DNA of 64,000 bases, taken from NCBI GenBank assembly GCA_036504095.1, contig DASXVS010000069.1, positions 14,887-78,886 on the forward strand, in the 5' to 3' direction. The stretch is from Armatimonadota bacterium (GTDB lineage: Bacteria > Armatimonadota > DTGP01 > JAKQQT01). The notes beneath the pieces are model-generated. The model was not told the origin of the DNA, ran no database searches, and saw nothing but the letters and a program-made list of their open reading frames with translations. This document shows positions 28,387-38,525 of the stretch, piece by piece (position 1 is the first letter of the stretch; each line of letters begins with the position of its first letter). The translations under genes were made by a program, and so were the position numbers.

Positions 28387-29267
28387 TGGTTTGTCCCTCC
28401 CGCCTTCCGCCTGATGCCGAACCGCCACTCCACGAGGCTCTTGAGGGCCAGAGTCACAAGCGCCAGGATGGTCAACAGCGATGCCACCGCGAAGGCAGCG
28501 GAAAACTGGTATTCGTTGTACAGGATTTCCACGTGCAGCGGCAGCGTGTTCGTGAGGCCGCGGATGTGGCCTGAAACCACCGACACCGCACCGAATTCCC
28601 CCATCGCCCGGGCGTTGCAGAGGATGATCCCATACAGCAGGCCCCAGCGGATGTTGGGAAGAGTCACGCGGCGAAACATCTGCCATCCGCTGGCGCCGAG
28701 GACGATGGCCGCCTCCTCGTCGTCACTGCCCTGGCTCTGCATCAGCGGAATCAGCTCCCTGGCGACGAACGGAAACGTGACGAACACGGTGGCCAGAACG
28801 ATTCCGGGCGTGGCGAACACGATCTGCCAGTCGTGCCTGTCCAGCCACGGGCCGAAGGTACCCTGGGCTCCGAACAGCAGCACGAACATCAGGCCCGCGA
28901 CGACCGGCGACACGGCGAACGGCAGATCGATCAGCGTCACGAGCACGCTCTTCCCCGGGAACTCGAACCGCGCAATCGCCCACGCCGCGGCAACGCCGAA
29001 CACGGCGTTCAGCGGGACCGAAATGAGCGCCACCAGTACGGTCAGCCGGACGGCGGACATCGCTTCCGGCTCGCGGATGGCGGCCAGATAGACCCTCCAC
29101 CCCTTGGCGAAGGCCTCCGTGAACACCGCCGCCAGCGGAACCACGAGGAACAACCCCAGGAACACCAGTGCGATGCTGATAAGGACGAACCGCGCCAGGA
29201 AAGGTTCCCGGGCGGCCTTCGCGCGGACCGCGGGACGTGACGCGGAAATCGTGGTTGAGGATTCCAT
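28383..29267 (-). CDS. cysW: Sulfate ABC transporter permease
   Basis: CysT/CysW-type BPD permease ([29 protein letters not shown]). ATG at 29267 with AAGGAG. Confidence 0.9.
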   Translation of the reverse strand: MESSTTISASRPAVRAKAAREPFLARFVLISIALVFLGLFLVVPLAAVFTEAFAKGWRVYLAAIREPEAMSAVRLTVLVALISVPLNAVFGVAAAWAIARFEFPGKSVLVTLIDLPFAVSPVVAGLMFVLLFGAQGTFGPWLDRHDWQIVFATPGIVLATVFVTFPFVARELIPLMQSQGSDDEEAAIVLGASGWQMFRRVTLPNIRWGLLYGIILCNARAMGEFGAVSVVSGHIRGLTNTLPLHVEILYNEYQFSAAFAVASLLTILALVTLALKSLVEWRFGIRRKAGGTNH

Positions 29268-29284
29268 ATCTGCGTTCGACTCCT

Positions 29285-30127
29285 TCACGCCATCCCGTAG
29301 CGCTTGCGGCTCCAGCGCTGGAGCAGGTTCACCAGCAGGAGCAGCGCGAACGACACGACGAGCATCACCGAGGCGATCGCCGTCGCGCCGGCGTAGTCGT
29401 ACTGCTCGAGTTTCGTCATGATCAGCAGCGGCGCGATCTCCGTGCGCATCGGCATGTTCCCCGAGATGAAGACAACCGATCCGTACTCGCCGATGGCGCG
29501 CGCGAACGCCAGCGTGAATCCGGTCAGCAGCGACGGGACGACGGCCGGCGCGATAACGCGGCGGAATGTCTGCCATGCCGATGCGCCGAGGCTGGCGGCC
29601 GCTTCCTCGATATCGGATTCCAGGTCCTCCAGGACCGGCTGAACCGTGCGCACGACGAACGGCAGCCCGGTGAAGATGAGCGCGATCACGATTCCCAACG
29701 GAGCGAACGCCACCTTGATGCCGTGCGGCTCGAGGTAGCGCCCGATCCACCCGTTGCCGGCGTAAATGGCGGTGAGGCTGATCCCGGCGACCGCGGTCGG
29801 AAGCGCGAACGGAAGGTCAACGAGGCCGTCGACGATCTTCTTTCCGGGAAACGTGTAGCGGGCCAGCACCCAGGCGACGATGAACCCGAACACAGCGTTG
29901 GCGCCGGCGGCGAGGAGCGATGCTCCGAAAGTCAGCCGGTACGCCGCGCGTACGCGTTCGTCGGTCGCGGCCGACCAGAAGTGGGCCCAGCCCATCGAGC
30001 CCGCCTTGAAGAAGACCGCCGTGATGGGCACCAGCACGATCAGGCTCAGGTAGAGCACCGTGTACCCCAGACTCAGCCCGAATCCCGGAAGGACCCGCTT
30101 GTTTCGGTTTGTTCTTAACATCGGCAT
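29285..30127 (-). CDS. cysT: Sulfate ABC transporter permease
   Basis: [32 protein letters not shown] loop. Paralogous to cysW. Start is uncertain (30127 or 30121). Confidence 0.88.
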   Translation of the reverse strand: MPMLRTNRNKRVLPGFGLSLGYTVLYLSLIVLVPITAVFFKAGSMGWAHFWSAATDERVRAAYRLTFGASLLAAGANAVFGFIVAWVLARYTFPGKKIVDGLVDLPFALPTAVAGISLTAIYAGNGWIGRYLEPHGIKVAFAPLGIVIALIFTGLPFVVRTVQPVLEDLESDIEEAAASLGASAWQTFRRVIAPAVVPSLLTGFTLAFARAIGEYGSVVFISGNMPMRTEIAPLLIMTKLEQYDYAGATAIASVMLVVSFALLLLVNLLQRWSRKRYGMA

Positions 30128-30139
30128 TCGGGAGGCCCG

Positions 30140-30176
30140 GGGCTGGGGGCTGTGATACGATCTCAGCCCCCAGCCC
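30140..30176. other. Intercistronic 13-bp-arm hairpin between sbp and cysT, built from tcagccc-type words
   Basis: gggctgggggctg - 11 nt - cagcccccagccc. Confidence 0.75.
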
Positions 30177-30191
30177 TCGGCCCTCAGGCCA

Positions 30192-31193
30192 CTAACGCGG
30201 GCGGTAGACCTGATCGAACACCCCGCCATCGGCGAAGTGGGTCTTCTGCGCGTTCCTCCAGCCTCCGAAGAAGCCGATGTTGAGCAGGCGCAGTTTGGGG
30301 AAGCGCGACGCGTAGCCCCCCGCCGCCTTCACGTTCCGCGGCCGGTAGTAGTGCTTCGCGGCGATCTTCTGTCCCTCGTTGGAGTAGAGGTATTTCAGAT
30401 ACGCGGTGGCGATCGCGGTTGTCTTGTGGCGCGCGGCGTACTTGTCCACAACGGCCACCGGCGGCTCGGCGAGGATGCTGATGGAGGGTACCACGATCTG
30501 GAACTTGTCCTTTCCGAGCTCGTTGACCGCCAGGAAGGCTTCGTTCTCCCACGCGAGGAGGACGTCGCCGATCCCGCGCTCAACGAAGGTTGTGGTGGAG
30601 CCCCTGGCGCCGGAATCGAGCACCGGCACGTTGTGGTAAAGGCGCGTCACGAAATCGCGCGCCTTCGCCTGGCTGCCCAGTTTCTTGTATGCGTACCCCC
30701 ACGCGGCGAGGTAGTTCCAGCGGGCGCCGCCGGAGGTCTTGGGGTTGGGCGTAATCACGGAGATGCCGGGTCGCACCAGGTCGTTCCAGTCCTTGATGTG
30801 CTTCGGGTTGCCCTTGCGTACGAGGAACACGATGGTGGATGTGTAGGGCGTGCTGTTGTATGGGAGGCGCTTCTCCCAGTTGGGGGCGATGACGCCCCTG
30901 TCGGCAATGGCGTCCACGTCGTAGGCCAGGGCGAGCGTCACCACGTCGCCTTGCAGGCCGTCGATGACCGCGCGCGCCTGCTTGCCTGAACCTCCGTGCG
31001 ACTGGTTGATCCGCAGGTTCTGCCCCGTCTTCCCTTTCCAGTAGCGGGCGAACGCCTGATTGAAGTCCTGGTACAGTTCGCGCGTCGGGTCGTAAGAGAC
31101 GTTAAGCAGCGTCTGCGCCCGCGCCGGCAACGCCGAGATTCCGATGGCCGCTAAGCTGGCGGCAAGTATAATCCGTTTGATGATTGGATTCAT
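30192..31193 (-). CDS. sbp: Periplasmic sulfate/thiosulfate-binding protein
   Basis: Signal peptide, then [61 protein letters not shown], typical of Sbp/CysP. Confidence 0.9.
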   Translation of the reverse strand: MNPIIKRIILAASLAAIGISALPARAQTLLNVSYDPTRELYQDFNQAFARYWKGKTGQNLRINQSHGGSGKQARAVIDGLQGDVVTLALAYDVDAIADRGVIAPNWEKRLPYNSTPYTSTIVFLVRKGNPKHIKDWNDLVRPGISVITPNPKTSGGARWNYLAAWGYAYKKLGSQAKARDFVTRLYHNVPVLDSGARGSTTTFVERGIGDVLLAWENEAFLAVNELGKDKFQIVVPSISILAEPPVAVVDKYAARHKTTAIATAYLKYLYSNEGQKIAAKHYYRPRNVKAAGGYASRFPKLRLLNIGFFGGWRNAQKTHFADGGVFDQVYRPR

Positions 31194-31264
31194 GGTTATT
31201 TCCAAGGAGACAGGACCAGCCTACCTACTGCACTAGCCCCTAGACCCCAGACCCTAGACCCTTC

Positions 31265-32446
31265 CTAGAACGCTCCCTGGTACTGCGCGAGGAACTGGTC
31301 TTCCTTCACGGTCGGACCCTGATCGCTGTGCCGTTCATAGTTGAGCTGCAAGCGGTTCAGCGTGTCTTTGCTCAAGAAGTGGTTGAGGCCGACAGTCGTG
31401 GTCTTTCCGGTGTTGCCGGCAACGGACGTATCGAGGTCGAGTTGCTCGTATCGCAGCACGGCCTGGGTTTCATGCGCGACGCCCAACAGCCCCGTCACGT
31501 AGTAGCCGCGCTTCTTGACGGCCGCATCTTTGCCCTGGATGTACTCGGCTTTGACGCCGTACCGGGGACGCACGAACGACGCCTCGAGTCCGGTTCTGTC
31601 GCGCTTGACGTACGGGGAGCCCTTTCGGCCCCAATACTGGGAGGCGCCGAGGGAAAGGCCCGCGACGGCCGGTTTCCACACGATGCGCGCGGCTACATCC
31701 TTGCTGCGGTTGTCGTCCACAATGTTGATACCGGACCCGTTGAACGCTCCGAGGGCGTACTCGAAGCGTCCGGAATCGGTAGCGGGTAGCATCTGGCCGC
31801 TCACCTGAATCCCAACGTCACGCCCGGACGATCCGTTGTCCCGCCCGGGCACGAGTTTATCCACAACCTGTGCCCGGTTGATGGTGTCCAGCAACGCGTC
31901 GCTGGCCAGGCTTTCCTGGCTGAACGGGACCTTGAACTGCCCCGCCGTGAGCTTTATCAGAGGCGCCGCCGTGTATCCAACCGCGGCATCGAGGAGCGTC
32001 GCCTTGCCCACGTTGCCCGTCTTGACCGTCGTTCCGCTCACGCTCGTAACCGCCGTCGATGACCCGGCCAGGTCGACCTGCAGGGCATAGTCCACCTTCG
32101 GCGCGGGGTTCCCGGCGAGGCTGAGCCGCAGCCTGCGAATCTCAAACGTGTCGCCCGTGGACGGTCCCGTGCTGCTGGTGTACCGCGCCTGGGCATAGCC
32201 GCTCAGTTTCACGGCGGTTTTCACGGTCACGGGCACAACGGTCGGAGCCGCCTTCGCCTTCTCGGCTTCGTCCTTCTGTATCTGGGCGATCTCCGACCGG
32301 ATGCTGTTGCCGTCCGCTTCTGTAATCACGCTGCGTTCCACCAGTTTCTGGATCAGGATGTCCACGGGGTCTTTCGCCGCGTGGGCGCCGCCCGCCACCC
32401 CGATCAGTGCCGCCGCCACCGCCACGAGGGATTTCGGTGTTCTCAT
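31265..32446 (-). CDS. Outer membrane porin, phosphate-selective porin O/P-like, first gene of the sulfate uptake operon
   Basis: Signal peptide, coiled N-terminal segment, FEIRRLRLSLAG motif, alternating beta-strand pattern, C-terminal ...AQYQGAF. Confidence 0.7.
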   Translation of the reverse strand: MRTPKSLVAVAAALIGVAGGAHAAKDPVDILIQKLVERSVITEADGNSIRSEIAQIQKDEAEKAKAAPTVVPVTVKTAVKLSGYAQARYTSSTGPSTGDTFEIRRLRLSLAGNPAPKVDYALQVDLAGSSTAVTSVSGTTVKTGNVGKATLLDAAVGYTAAPLIKLTAGQFKVPFSQESLASDALLDTINRAQVVDKLVPGRDNGSSGRDVGIQVSGQMLPATDSGRFEYALGAFNGSGINIVDDNRSKDVAARIVWKPAVAGLSLGASQYWGRKGSPYVKRDRTGLEASFVRPRYGVKAEYIQGKDAAVKKRGYYVTGLLGVAHETQAVLRYEQLDLDTSVAGNTGKTTTVGLNHFLSKDTLNRLQLNYERHSDQGPTVKEDQFLAQYQGAF

Positions 32447-32610
32447 TGTCTTTGTTCCTTTCAGATCTCAGCTCGTCAGTCTCCGCAATGCGCCTTCCGG
32501 CGCGTTGCCTCAACAACGCGGCGATCCTCCGGAACCAAGACCTCGCTGAACGATCCCCATGGCTGCACCCCTTTCCCGCGAAAACCGAACGATGCCGCTT
32601 CGAAGCGGCA

Positions 32611-32669
32611 TACTTGAGTATCTAAATCAAGTTACTAAGATACTATCGTGAAGCCACACCCGAGGTCAA
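32611..32669 (-). promoter_or_regulatory. Sulfate-uptake operon promoter (TTGACC-18-TAGTAT) with the same operator as cysK
   Basis: Sense strand: TTGACC tcgggtgtggcttcacga TAGTAT c TTAGTAA cttgatttaga TACTCAAGTA. Confidence 0.6.
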
Positions 32670-32811
32670 GGGTTCCGCAAAAATCGTCTACGGGGCGGCA
32701 ACCGGATGGGAAATCGCGGGCGGAACGTTCGCCGACGTTTGCTTGTCTAGAGTGAAGACGTCGGCGCCCACCGTGGCTCCGGCAAACTCTTCACTCGATA
32801 GGGGGAATCGG

Positions 32812-33483
32812 ATGGCGGATCAAGAGAGCAAAATCCAGGGTTATGACCGGTACATTGACGGGCTATTCGCTCCGGAGGACGAGGCGCTCCGTCTGGCCCG
32901 GGAGGATATGCAGCGGGAAGGGCTGCCCGCGATCAACGTGTCCGCCAGCGAAGGCAAACTGCTGCATGTCATCGCCCTCATCGCGGCGCCGCGCCGGATA
33001 CTGGAGATCGGCACGCTGGGAGGCTACAGCGCCATCTGGCTGGCGCGGGCGCTTCCGGCCGACGGCCGGCTCATCTCCCTGGAGATCGACCAGCACCACG
33101 CCGACGTTGCCCGCCGCAACGTAGAGCGCGCCGGACTGGCCGGGAGGGTGGAGATTCGCGTCGGCCCCGCCGCGGAGTCGCTGGCGCGGATGGCGGCATC
33201 GGGCGAGGCGCCGTTTGATCTGGTGTTCATCGACGCGGACAAGGACGCGTACGTCACCTATATGGAGATGGCGCTGCCCATGCTCCGCGAGGGGGGGATC
33301 CTGCTGGGCGACAACACACTGCCGGATGCGGTGCTGCACCACGACGGTGACAGTGGGACGAAGCGCTACAACGCCGCAGTGGCCGCGCACCCCGGGCTTG
33401 TTTCCATCAACATCCCCGTGCTCCGCGGCGAGCACATCGACGGCCTGTTGGTGTCCGTGAAGAGGGCGTCTTCAGCTGGCTGA
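32812..33483 (+). CDS. Class I SAM-dependent O-methyltransferase (family 3, caffeoyl-CoA OMT-like)
   Basis: ILEIGTLGGYSAIWLARAL SAM motif, FDLVFIDADKDAY, GGILLGDN. Confidence 0.85.
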   Translation: MADQESKIQGYDRYIDGLFAPEDEALRLAREDMQREGLPAINVSASEGKLLHVIALIAAPRRILEIGTLGGYSAIWLARALPADGRLISLEIDQHHADVARRNVERAGLAGRVEIRVGPAAESLARMAASGEAPFDLVFIDADKDAYVTYMEMALPMLREGGILLGDNTLPDAVLHHDGDSGTKRYNAAVAAHPGLVSINIPVLRGEHIDGLLVSVKRASSAG

Positions 33484-33492
33484 TCGACCGGC

Positions 33493-33549
33493 AGTAGAAC
33501 GGGCGTCCCGCCCGTTGTCGTCTGAAACGGGCGGGACGCCCGTTCTACT
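33493..33549. terminator. Perfect 24-bp-arm inverted repeat, bidirectional terminator between convergent genes
   Basis: agtagaacgggcgtcccgcccgtt - 9 nt - aacgggcgggacgcccgttctact. Confidence 0.8.
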
Positions 33550-33576
33550 CTCCTGCTATGGGGACTCGATGCTTCA

Positions 33577-35088
33577 CTAGTCGAGGAAGAAGCCGTACGC
33601 GGGGTTGTCGCCCTCGGCCACCCAGTGATAGCTCAGGCCGTCCAGGAACCGCCGGAATGCCGGGAGTTCGGGGGCGGGAACCTCGATGCCCGCGAGGACG
33701 CGGCCGAAATCGGCGCCGTGATTGCGATAGTGGAACAGGCTGATGTTCCACCGGCTGCCAAGGGTCTCCAGGAACAGCGGCAGCGCGCCGGGACGCTCCG
33801 GAAACTCGAACCGGTACAACCGCTCGTCGCGCGTTTCCGGCCCGCGTCCGCCGACCATATGGCGCACGTGGAGCTTGGCCATTTCGTTGTCGGACAGATC
33901 CAGGACCTGATGCCCCAGCGAGCGCAGACGGGCGGCCAGGCCATCCGCGTCCGCCTTGCCGGAGGTGGTAACGCCGACCAGAACGTGGGCGTGCTCACGG
34001 CCGTGCATGCGATAGTTGAATTCGGTGATGACGCGGCGCCCGAGCGCCGCGCAGAAGGAACGGAAGGCTCCTGGCCTCTCGTCGAGCGCCACCGCGAACA
34101 TCGCCTCGCGGTCTTCGCCCAGCTCAGCCCGTTCAACGACGAAGCCGAGGCGCTCGAAGTTCATGTTCGCGCCCGATACGATGGCCGCGTACCGTTTGCC
34201 GGTCCCGTCGTCGCGGGCGGCGTATTCCTTGAGGCCCGCCACCGACAGCGCGCCCGCGGGTTCGCAGATCGCGCGGGCGTCCTCGTAGACGTCCTTGATC
34301 GCCGCGCAGATGGCGTCGTTGCTCACCCGCACGATCTCGTCCACGCACTCGCGCACGATCGGGAAGGTCAGCCGGCCAACTTCGCGGACCGCCACGCCGT
34401 CCGCGAAGATGCCGACGTCGCGCAGTCGGACGCGCTTGCCCGCCGCCAGCGACTGGTACATCGCGTCCGCCTCCAGCGGCTCGACGCCGATGATGCGGAT
34501 CTCCGGCGCGACCGCCTTCAGGTAGCCGGCGATGCCAGCGATGAGGCCGCCGCCTCCCACCGGCACGAAAACCGCGTCCAGGCCGCCATGGCTCTGGCGC
34601 AGGATCTCGTCACCGATGGTCCCCTGCCCCGCGATCACGAGCGGATCGTCGAAGGGGTGTACCGGCGTAACACCGCGCTCCGCGACGATCTCGTCGCATC
34701 GCGCCTGGGCGTCCGAATAGCTCTCGCCGGCCAGGACGATCTCGGCGCCATAGCCCCGGACCGCCGCGACCTTAATCTCCGGCGTCGTGACCGGCATGAC
34801 GATGATGGCCGGGATGCCCAGTTCGCGCGCCGAAAAGGCCACGCCCTGCGCGTGATTCCCGGCGCTGGCCGCGATGACCCCCCGGCCGCGCTGCTCGTCG
34901 GAGAGGTTGGCGATCAGGTTGTAAGCGCCGCGCAGCTTGAAGCTGAAGACGGGCTGAAGGTCCTCCCGCTTGAGGAAGACCCGGTGGCCGAGACGGGCTG
35001 AGAGTTTGGGGGCCGGTTCGAGCGGCGTCTCACGGGCCACATCGTAGACCCGGCTGCGCAGCACATCGCGAAGGAGCTTGTTATTCAT
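33577..35088 (-). CDS. ilvA: Biosynthetic threonine ammonia-lyase (threonine dehydratase)
   Basis: PLP site FSFKLRGAYN, GAGNHAQG, two C-terminal ACT-like regulatory domains. 503 aa. Confidence 0.92.
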   Translation of the reverse strand: MNNKLLRDVLRSRVYDVARETPLEPAPKLSARLGHRVFLKREDLQPVFSFKLRGAYNLIANLSDEQRGRGVIAASAGNHAQGVAFSARELGIPAIIVMPVTTPEIKVAAVRGYGAEIVLAGESYSDAQARCDEIVAERGVTPVHPFDDPLVIAGQGTIGDEILRQSHGGLDAVFVPVGGGGLIAGIAGYLKAVAPEIRIIGVEPLEADAMYQSLAAGKRVRLRDVGIFADGVAVREVGRLTFPIVRECVDEIVRVSNDAICAAIKDVYEDARAICEPAGALSVAGLKEYAARDDGTGKRYAAIVSGANMNFERLGFVVERAELGEDREAMFAVALDERPGAFRSFCAALGRRVITEFNYRMHGREHAHVLVGVTTSGKADADGLAARLRSLGHQVLDLSDNEMAKLHVRHMVGGRGPETRDERLYRFEFPERPGALPLFLETLGSRWNISLFHYRNHGADFGRVLAGIEVPAPELPAFRRFLDGLSYHWVAEGDNPAYGFFLD

Positions 35089-35215
35089 ATCCCAGTCAGG
35101 ATAGCAGGGCGCGGGCGGGAGGCGGGGACGCAGTGAGAGGTCGGGGCGGCGAGCGCGTATCCCGACGAAACCTATGGGTTCGCCGGGTTTTGAGCAGGTC
35201 CCCGGAGGAACGCAC

Positions 35216-37081
35216 CTACCCGCCGGCCGGCGCCAGGTGAACCCATAGCAGTTTGAACAGTTCGTCCTTCACCAGGCCGACTGGATGGACGGTGATCGTG
35301 TAGGGGCCGGGCTTCGGGAAATCTATGGCGCCGACGTGCATGGGCCGGAACTCGCTCCAGTTGAGCTGCGTGGTTTCGGTTTGTGCTTTCAGTTCCAGAC
35401 CGGGGCCCGCGCTCACGGTGAAGCCCTGTCCGGCGACTGCCGCGGTGCAGGCGTACGAAACCGTGACGTCTCTCCGGCCGGCTTCCGGCACAAAGACCGT
35501 CCACGAGGCCGACGCATCCGGCGCCGTCCAGCCGCCCAGCTGCGATTCCAATTTCGTGCTGCCGTCGAGCGGCTTCTCGGCCTCGACGCCGGCCATCCTG
35601 GCCTGCATCGCATTCATGGCGATGCCTCCGCCGTTGATCTCCCCCAACGTCTCGTTGTCCACTTCCAGCGGGCCGGCGAGTTCCACGCGGATAACCGTGT
35701 CGTAGACGACCGGCTGCGAGCGATCGGCCTCGATGTGCACCGAAGTGCCCTGCTGCGTGAACTTCAGCGCCTTCCTGCCGCTGCACAGCGTGGCGGAGGT
35801 GACCGGTGTTTTGAGGCCGTTAACCCGGATGACGCCGTCCACCGGCCAGTCGAAAACGTGCAGATAGAGACGGTTGTGGCGCTCATCCATCGTTGTGAGG
35901 CCCCAGTCCTGCGTGCGTTCTTCCAACGGAGTGTAGCCGCATCCGTAGAAGCCCTCGCCGTTCGCGCGGAGGCATCGGCCGATGGCGCGCATGCGGTCCA
36001 ACGCCTCTTCCGGCGGGCGGCCGTCGGCCTGGGGGCCGAAATTGATTACCAGGTTGCCGCCCAGCGAGATGTTGCGGACGAGGTTGCGGATGAAATACGT
36101 GGTGGGGCGCCACTCCTGGTCGTCGCGGCTGTAGCCCCATGAGAGGCCGAACGTGACGGCGCTTTCCCAGGGGTGCGTGATGCGGTGGCGCGGGAAAGAG
36201 TTATCGCCCAGCGTCTCGTAATCGGTGCCGTCGGGCTGACCGACCTTTCCGATGCCCAATCGCGTGTTTACCAGCGTGTCCGGGCTTTCCCTGCGGATGA
36301 GCGAGAGCATGTCGTTCACCTGGAGCGGCGTCATGTTCGTGTCGCTTAGGCGGCGCCAGTTGTCGAACCACATGATGGCCGGGTGGTAGTTTTTCACCAG
36401 TTCCGCCACCTGCGGCATGGACTTTTCGCGCCAGTACCGGTCGAACTGCTCCGGCGTCAGATTGTCGCGATACCCTTCGCCGCCGTAGAAGAAGAAGTCC
36501 GGATGGCCTTCAAACTGCTTCGGGTCCTTGCTGTTGTAGTCCCAGAAGTTCCCCCAGCCGCCGGGGTGCTCCCAGTCCTGCCAGTGGGAGTAGTAGAAGC
36601 CGAGCTTGATACCGCGCGCATCGCATGCCTTCTTGAGGGTTCCGATGACGTCGAAGTTCACGCCCGCCACCCGGTTGAGCGTGTAATCCGACACCTTGGA
36701 GGGCCAGTACGCGAGGCCGTCGTGGTGCTTGGCGACGAAAATGATGTACTTCATGCCCGCGTCTTTCGCGGCTTCCGCCCATCCTTCGACCACCTCCGGC
36801 GTGACGTGCATCCGTTTCAATGCGGCGTCCCAATCGGCGCGGGGCACGCGGTTGCGGGCGCGCAGCCATTCGCCGTACTCGGTCTGACGCACAGGTTCGC
36901 CATCGAACCTGCCTTCCAGCGCGGCGGAGCCGTTCCAGTGGATAAACAGGCCGAACCGGGCGTCCTCGAACCAGGCGGTCCGGCGACCGGACGTTGACTG
37001 GTCGGCGGCTTCGGCCGCACGCGGAAGAACGGCGATAACAGCGGCAGCGGCAGCGAGCGCAAGAACAGGGGAAGCGAACAT
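35216..37081 (-). CDS. Secreted alpha-L-fucosidase (GH29) with a C-terminal beta-sandwich/CBM-like extension
   Basis: AWFEDARFGLFIHWN and AGMKYIIFVAKHHDGLAYWPS, hallmark GH29 motifs. Signal peptide. Confidence 0.85.
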   Translation of the reverse strand: MFASPVLALAAAAAVIAVLPRAAEAADQSTSGRRTAWFEDARFGLFIHWNGSAALEGRFDGEPVRQTEYGEWLRARNRVPRADWDAALKRMHVTPEVVEGWAEAAKDAGMKYIIFVAKHHDGLAYWPSKVSDYTLNRVAGVNFDVIGTLKKACDARGIKLGFYYSHWQDWEHPGGWGNFWDYNSKDPKQFEGHPDFFFYGGEGYRDNLTPEQFDRYWREKSMPQVAELVKNYHPAIMWFDNWRRLSDTNMTPLQVNDMLSLIRRESPDTLVNTRLGIGKVGQPDGTDYETLGDNSFPRHRITHPWESAVTFGLSWGYSRDDQEWRPTTYFIRNLVRNISLGGNLVINFGPQADGRPPEEALDRMRAIGRCLRANGEGFYGCGYTPLEERTQDWGLTTMDERHNRLYLHVFDWPVDGVIRVNGLKTPVTSATLCSGRKALKFTQQGTSVHIEADRSQPVVYDTVIRVELAGPLEVDNETLGEINGGGIAMNAMQARMAGVEAEKPLDGSTKLESQLGGWTAPDASASWTVFVPEAGRRDVTVSYACTAAVAGQGFTVSAGPGLELKAQTETTQLNWSEFRPMHVGAIDFPKPGPYTITVHPVGLVKDELFKLLWVHLAPAGG

Positions 37082-37229
37082 TGGTGGTCCTCAGATGTGC
37101 GTAAGATTTTCTACGCATCATTGTTGGTCCGAGGCTGGGCATCGGGTCCACCCTGCAAATCGCATTTCGTGGCGCCGGCCCTCCGTTCCGGCTGGCTCGC
37201 ACCCACGAAGCGCGCTCGTCATGCTGCGT

Positions 37230-38525
37230 TTATCGCCGCACCTCAGATGATCCCGGCGTCCGCGGCCTCTCCGGCCAGGCTTCCGTCACCGTGACATTGA
37301 AGTGGTTTCCAGCCAGGGCAAGGTGATTGTCGTCGATCCACCAGTGCCATAGATGGCCCCGTTCGGGGCTACGTAGGTACCGAACTCTGTGCCGCTCAAG
37401 GTCGATTACCGCGATCCGATATGGACCCGCTGTTGAGTGTTCGACCCGGTAGTCGTACATCTCCGCGGCCGCCCGCCGGCCGCCCGGCGAGAAATCAAGG
37501 CCACTCGAAATAAAGTAGTCTTCCAGCGTGCGCCGAACACCCTGTTCCTCCGGTCCCAGCGTACAGGCTGTCTCGGGATTCCAGCCGCCGGACTCCGAAA
37601 TGCTCCTCAGTTCCACCCGTCCGCGAACCACGGCCGTGTAGTAGTAGGTTCGCCCGTACGGCGTCCAGCCGATAGCCTCGGTCTCGTCGGCGCGATCAAC
37701 CTGCCTCCTGCCGTGCCTGGAGTCATCAATCCAAACCTCTCCTGGCGTGGTGTTGCCGACCAGCACGTTCACCTGCCGGTCAGGCGACTGGAATCTGTCC
37801 AGGCGCCTGGAGATCTGAGGGTCCCAGCCCATGTCCCGCAGGGTGTATGCCGATGCGAACATGGCGGCCATTCCCAAAGCGAAGCAGCGAGCCCACAGCC
37901 AGGCGCGGCGGCGCGGAGCGAGCGCGAGCGGCGGTCGAACGGCCAGAACCGCGGCGATCAGCAGAAAGACGATGGCCACCGCGGCGATCCACGGTTCGGA
38001 ATGTACGCGGGATGCCCGGTCAGACAAATCCACCCAGACGGTGAGACCTACCAGAACCACGGCAACCGTTAAAATAACGCCCGGCACGATGCTGGAGAGC
38101 AGAAGGCCGATCAGGTAAGCAGCACACAGCGCCATCCACAAGACAGTCATGCCCTCCGCAAGGCCGCTCGCGTTCAGAAACGGTCGGTAAACGGATGGCG
38201 CCCGGAGCAAGTAGACAGGTAACGAGATGATCGACACGCCGGCAAGAGCCATCGCCCCAGCGACGGCCTTTGCGAGGAGCAGCCACCACCACCGAATCGG
38301 GCGGCTGAAGATGAAGTCCATCGTGCCGCCTGAGGTCTCCCGCGAATACCCCGAAAGACCCATCAGGAACGTGGCGGCCATCGGTAGGAGGAACCACGAG
38401 GATGCAAAGCCCCCGGTCTGATACGCGACAGGGTCGCCCAGCAGGAGGATTGTGAGGACAATGGCAAGGATGCCCGCCGTATACCAGCGCGTCTCCAGGA
38501 GTTCCTTCGTAATCAGGCGTCTCAT
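37230..38525 (-). CDS. ABC-2 type permease-like membrane protein with a C-terminal extracytoplasmic beta-rich domain
   Basis: MRRLITKELLETRWY start, six hydrophobic helices, then about 190 aa of soluble beta-rich sequence. Confidence 0.6.
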   Translation of the reverse strand: MRRLITKELLETRWYTAGILAIVLTILLLGDPVAYQTGGFASSWFLLPMAATFLMGLSGYSRETSGGTMDFIFSRPIRWWWLLLAKAVAGAMALAGVSIISLPVYLLRAPSVYRPFLNASGLAEGMTVLWMALCAAYLIGLLLSSIVPGVILTVAVVLVGLTVWVDLSDRASRVHSEPWIAAVAIVFLLIAAVLAVRPPLALAPRRRAWLWARCFALGMAAMFASAYTLRDMGWDPQISRRLDRFQSPDRQVNVLVGNTTPGEVWIDDSRHGRRQVDRADETEAIGWTPYGRTYYYTAVVRGRVELRSISESGGWNPETACTLGPEEQGVRRTLEDYFISSGLDFSPGGRRAAAEMYDYRVEHSTAGPYRIAVIDLERHRVRYLRSPERGHLWHWWIDDNHLALAGNHFNVTVTEAWPERPRTPGSSEVRR

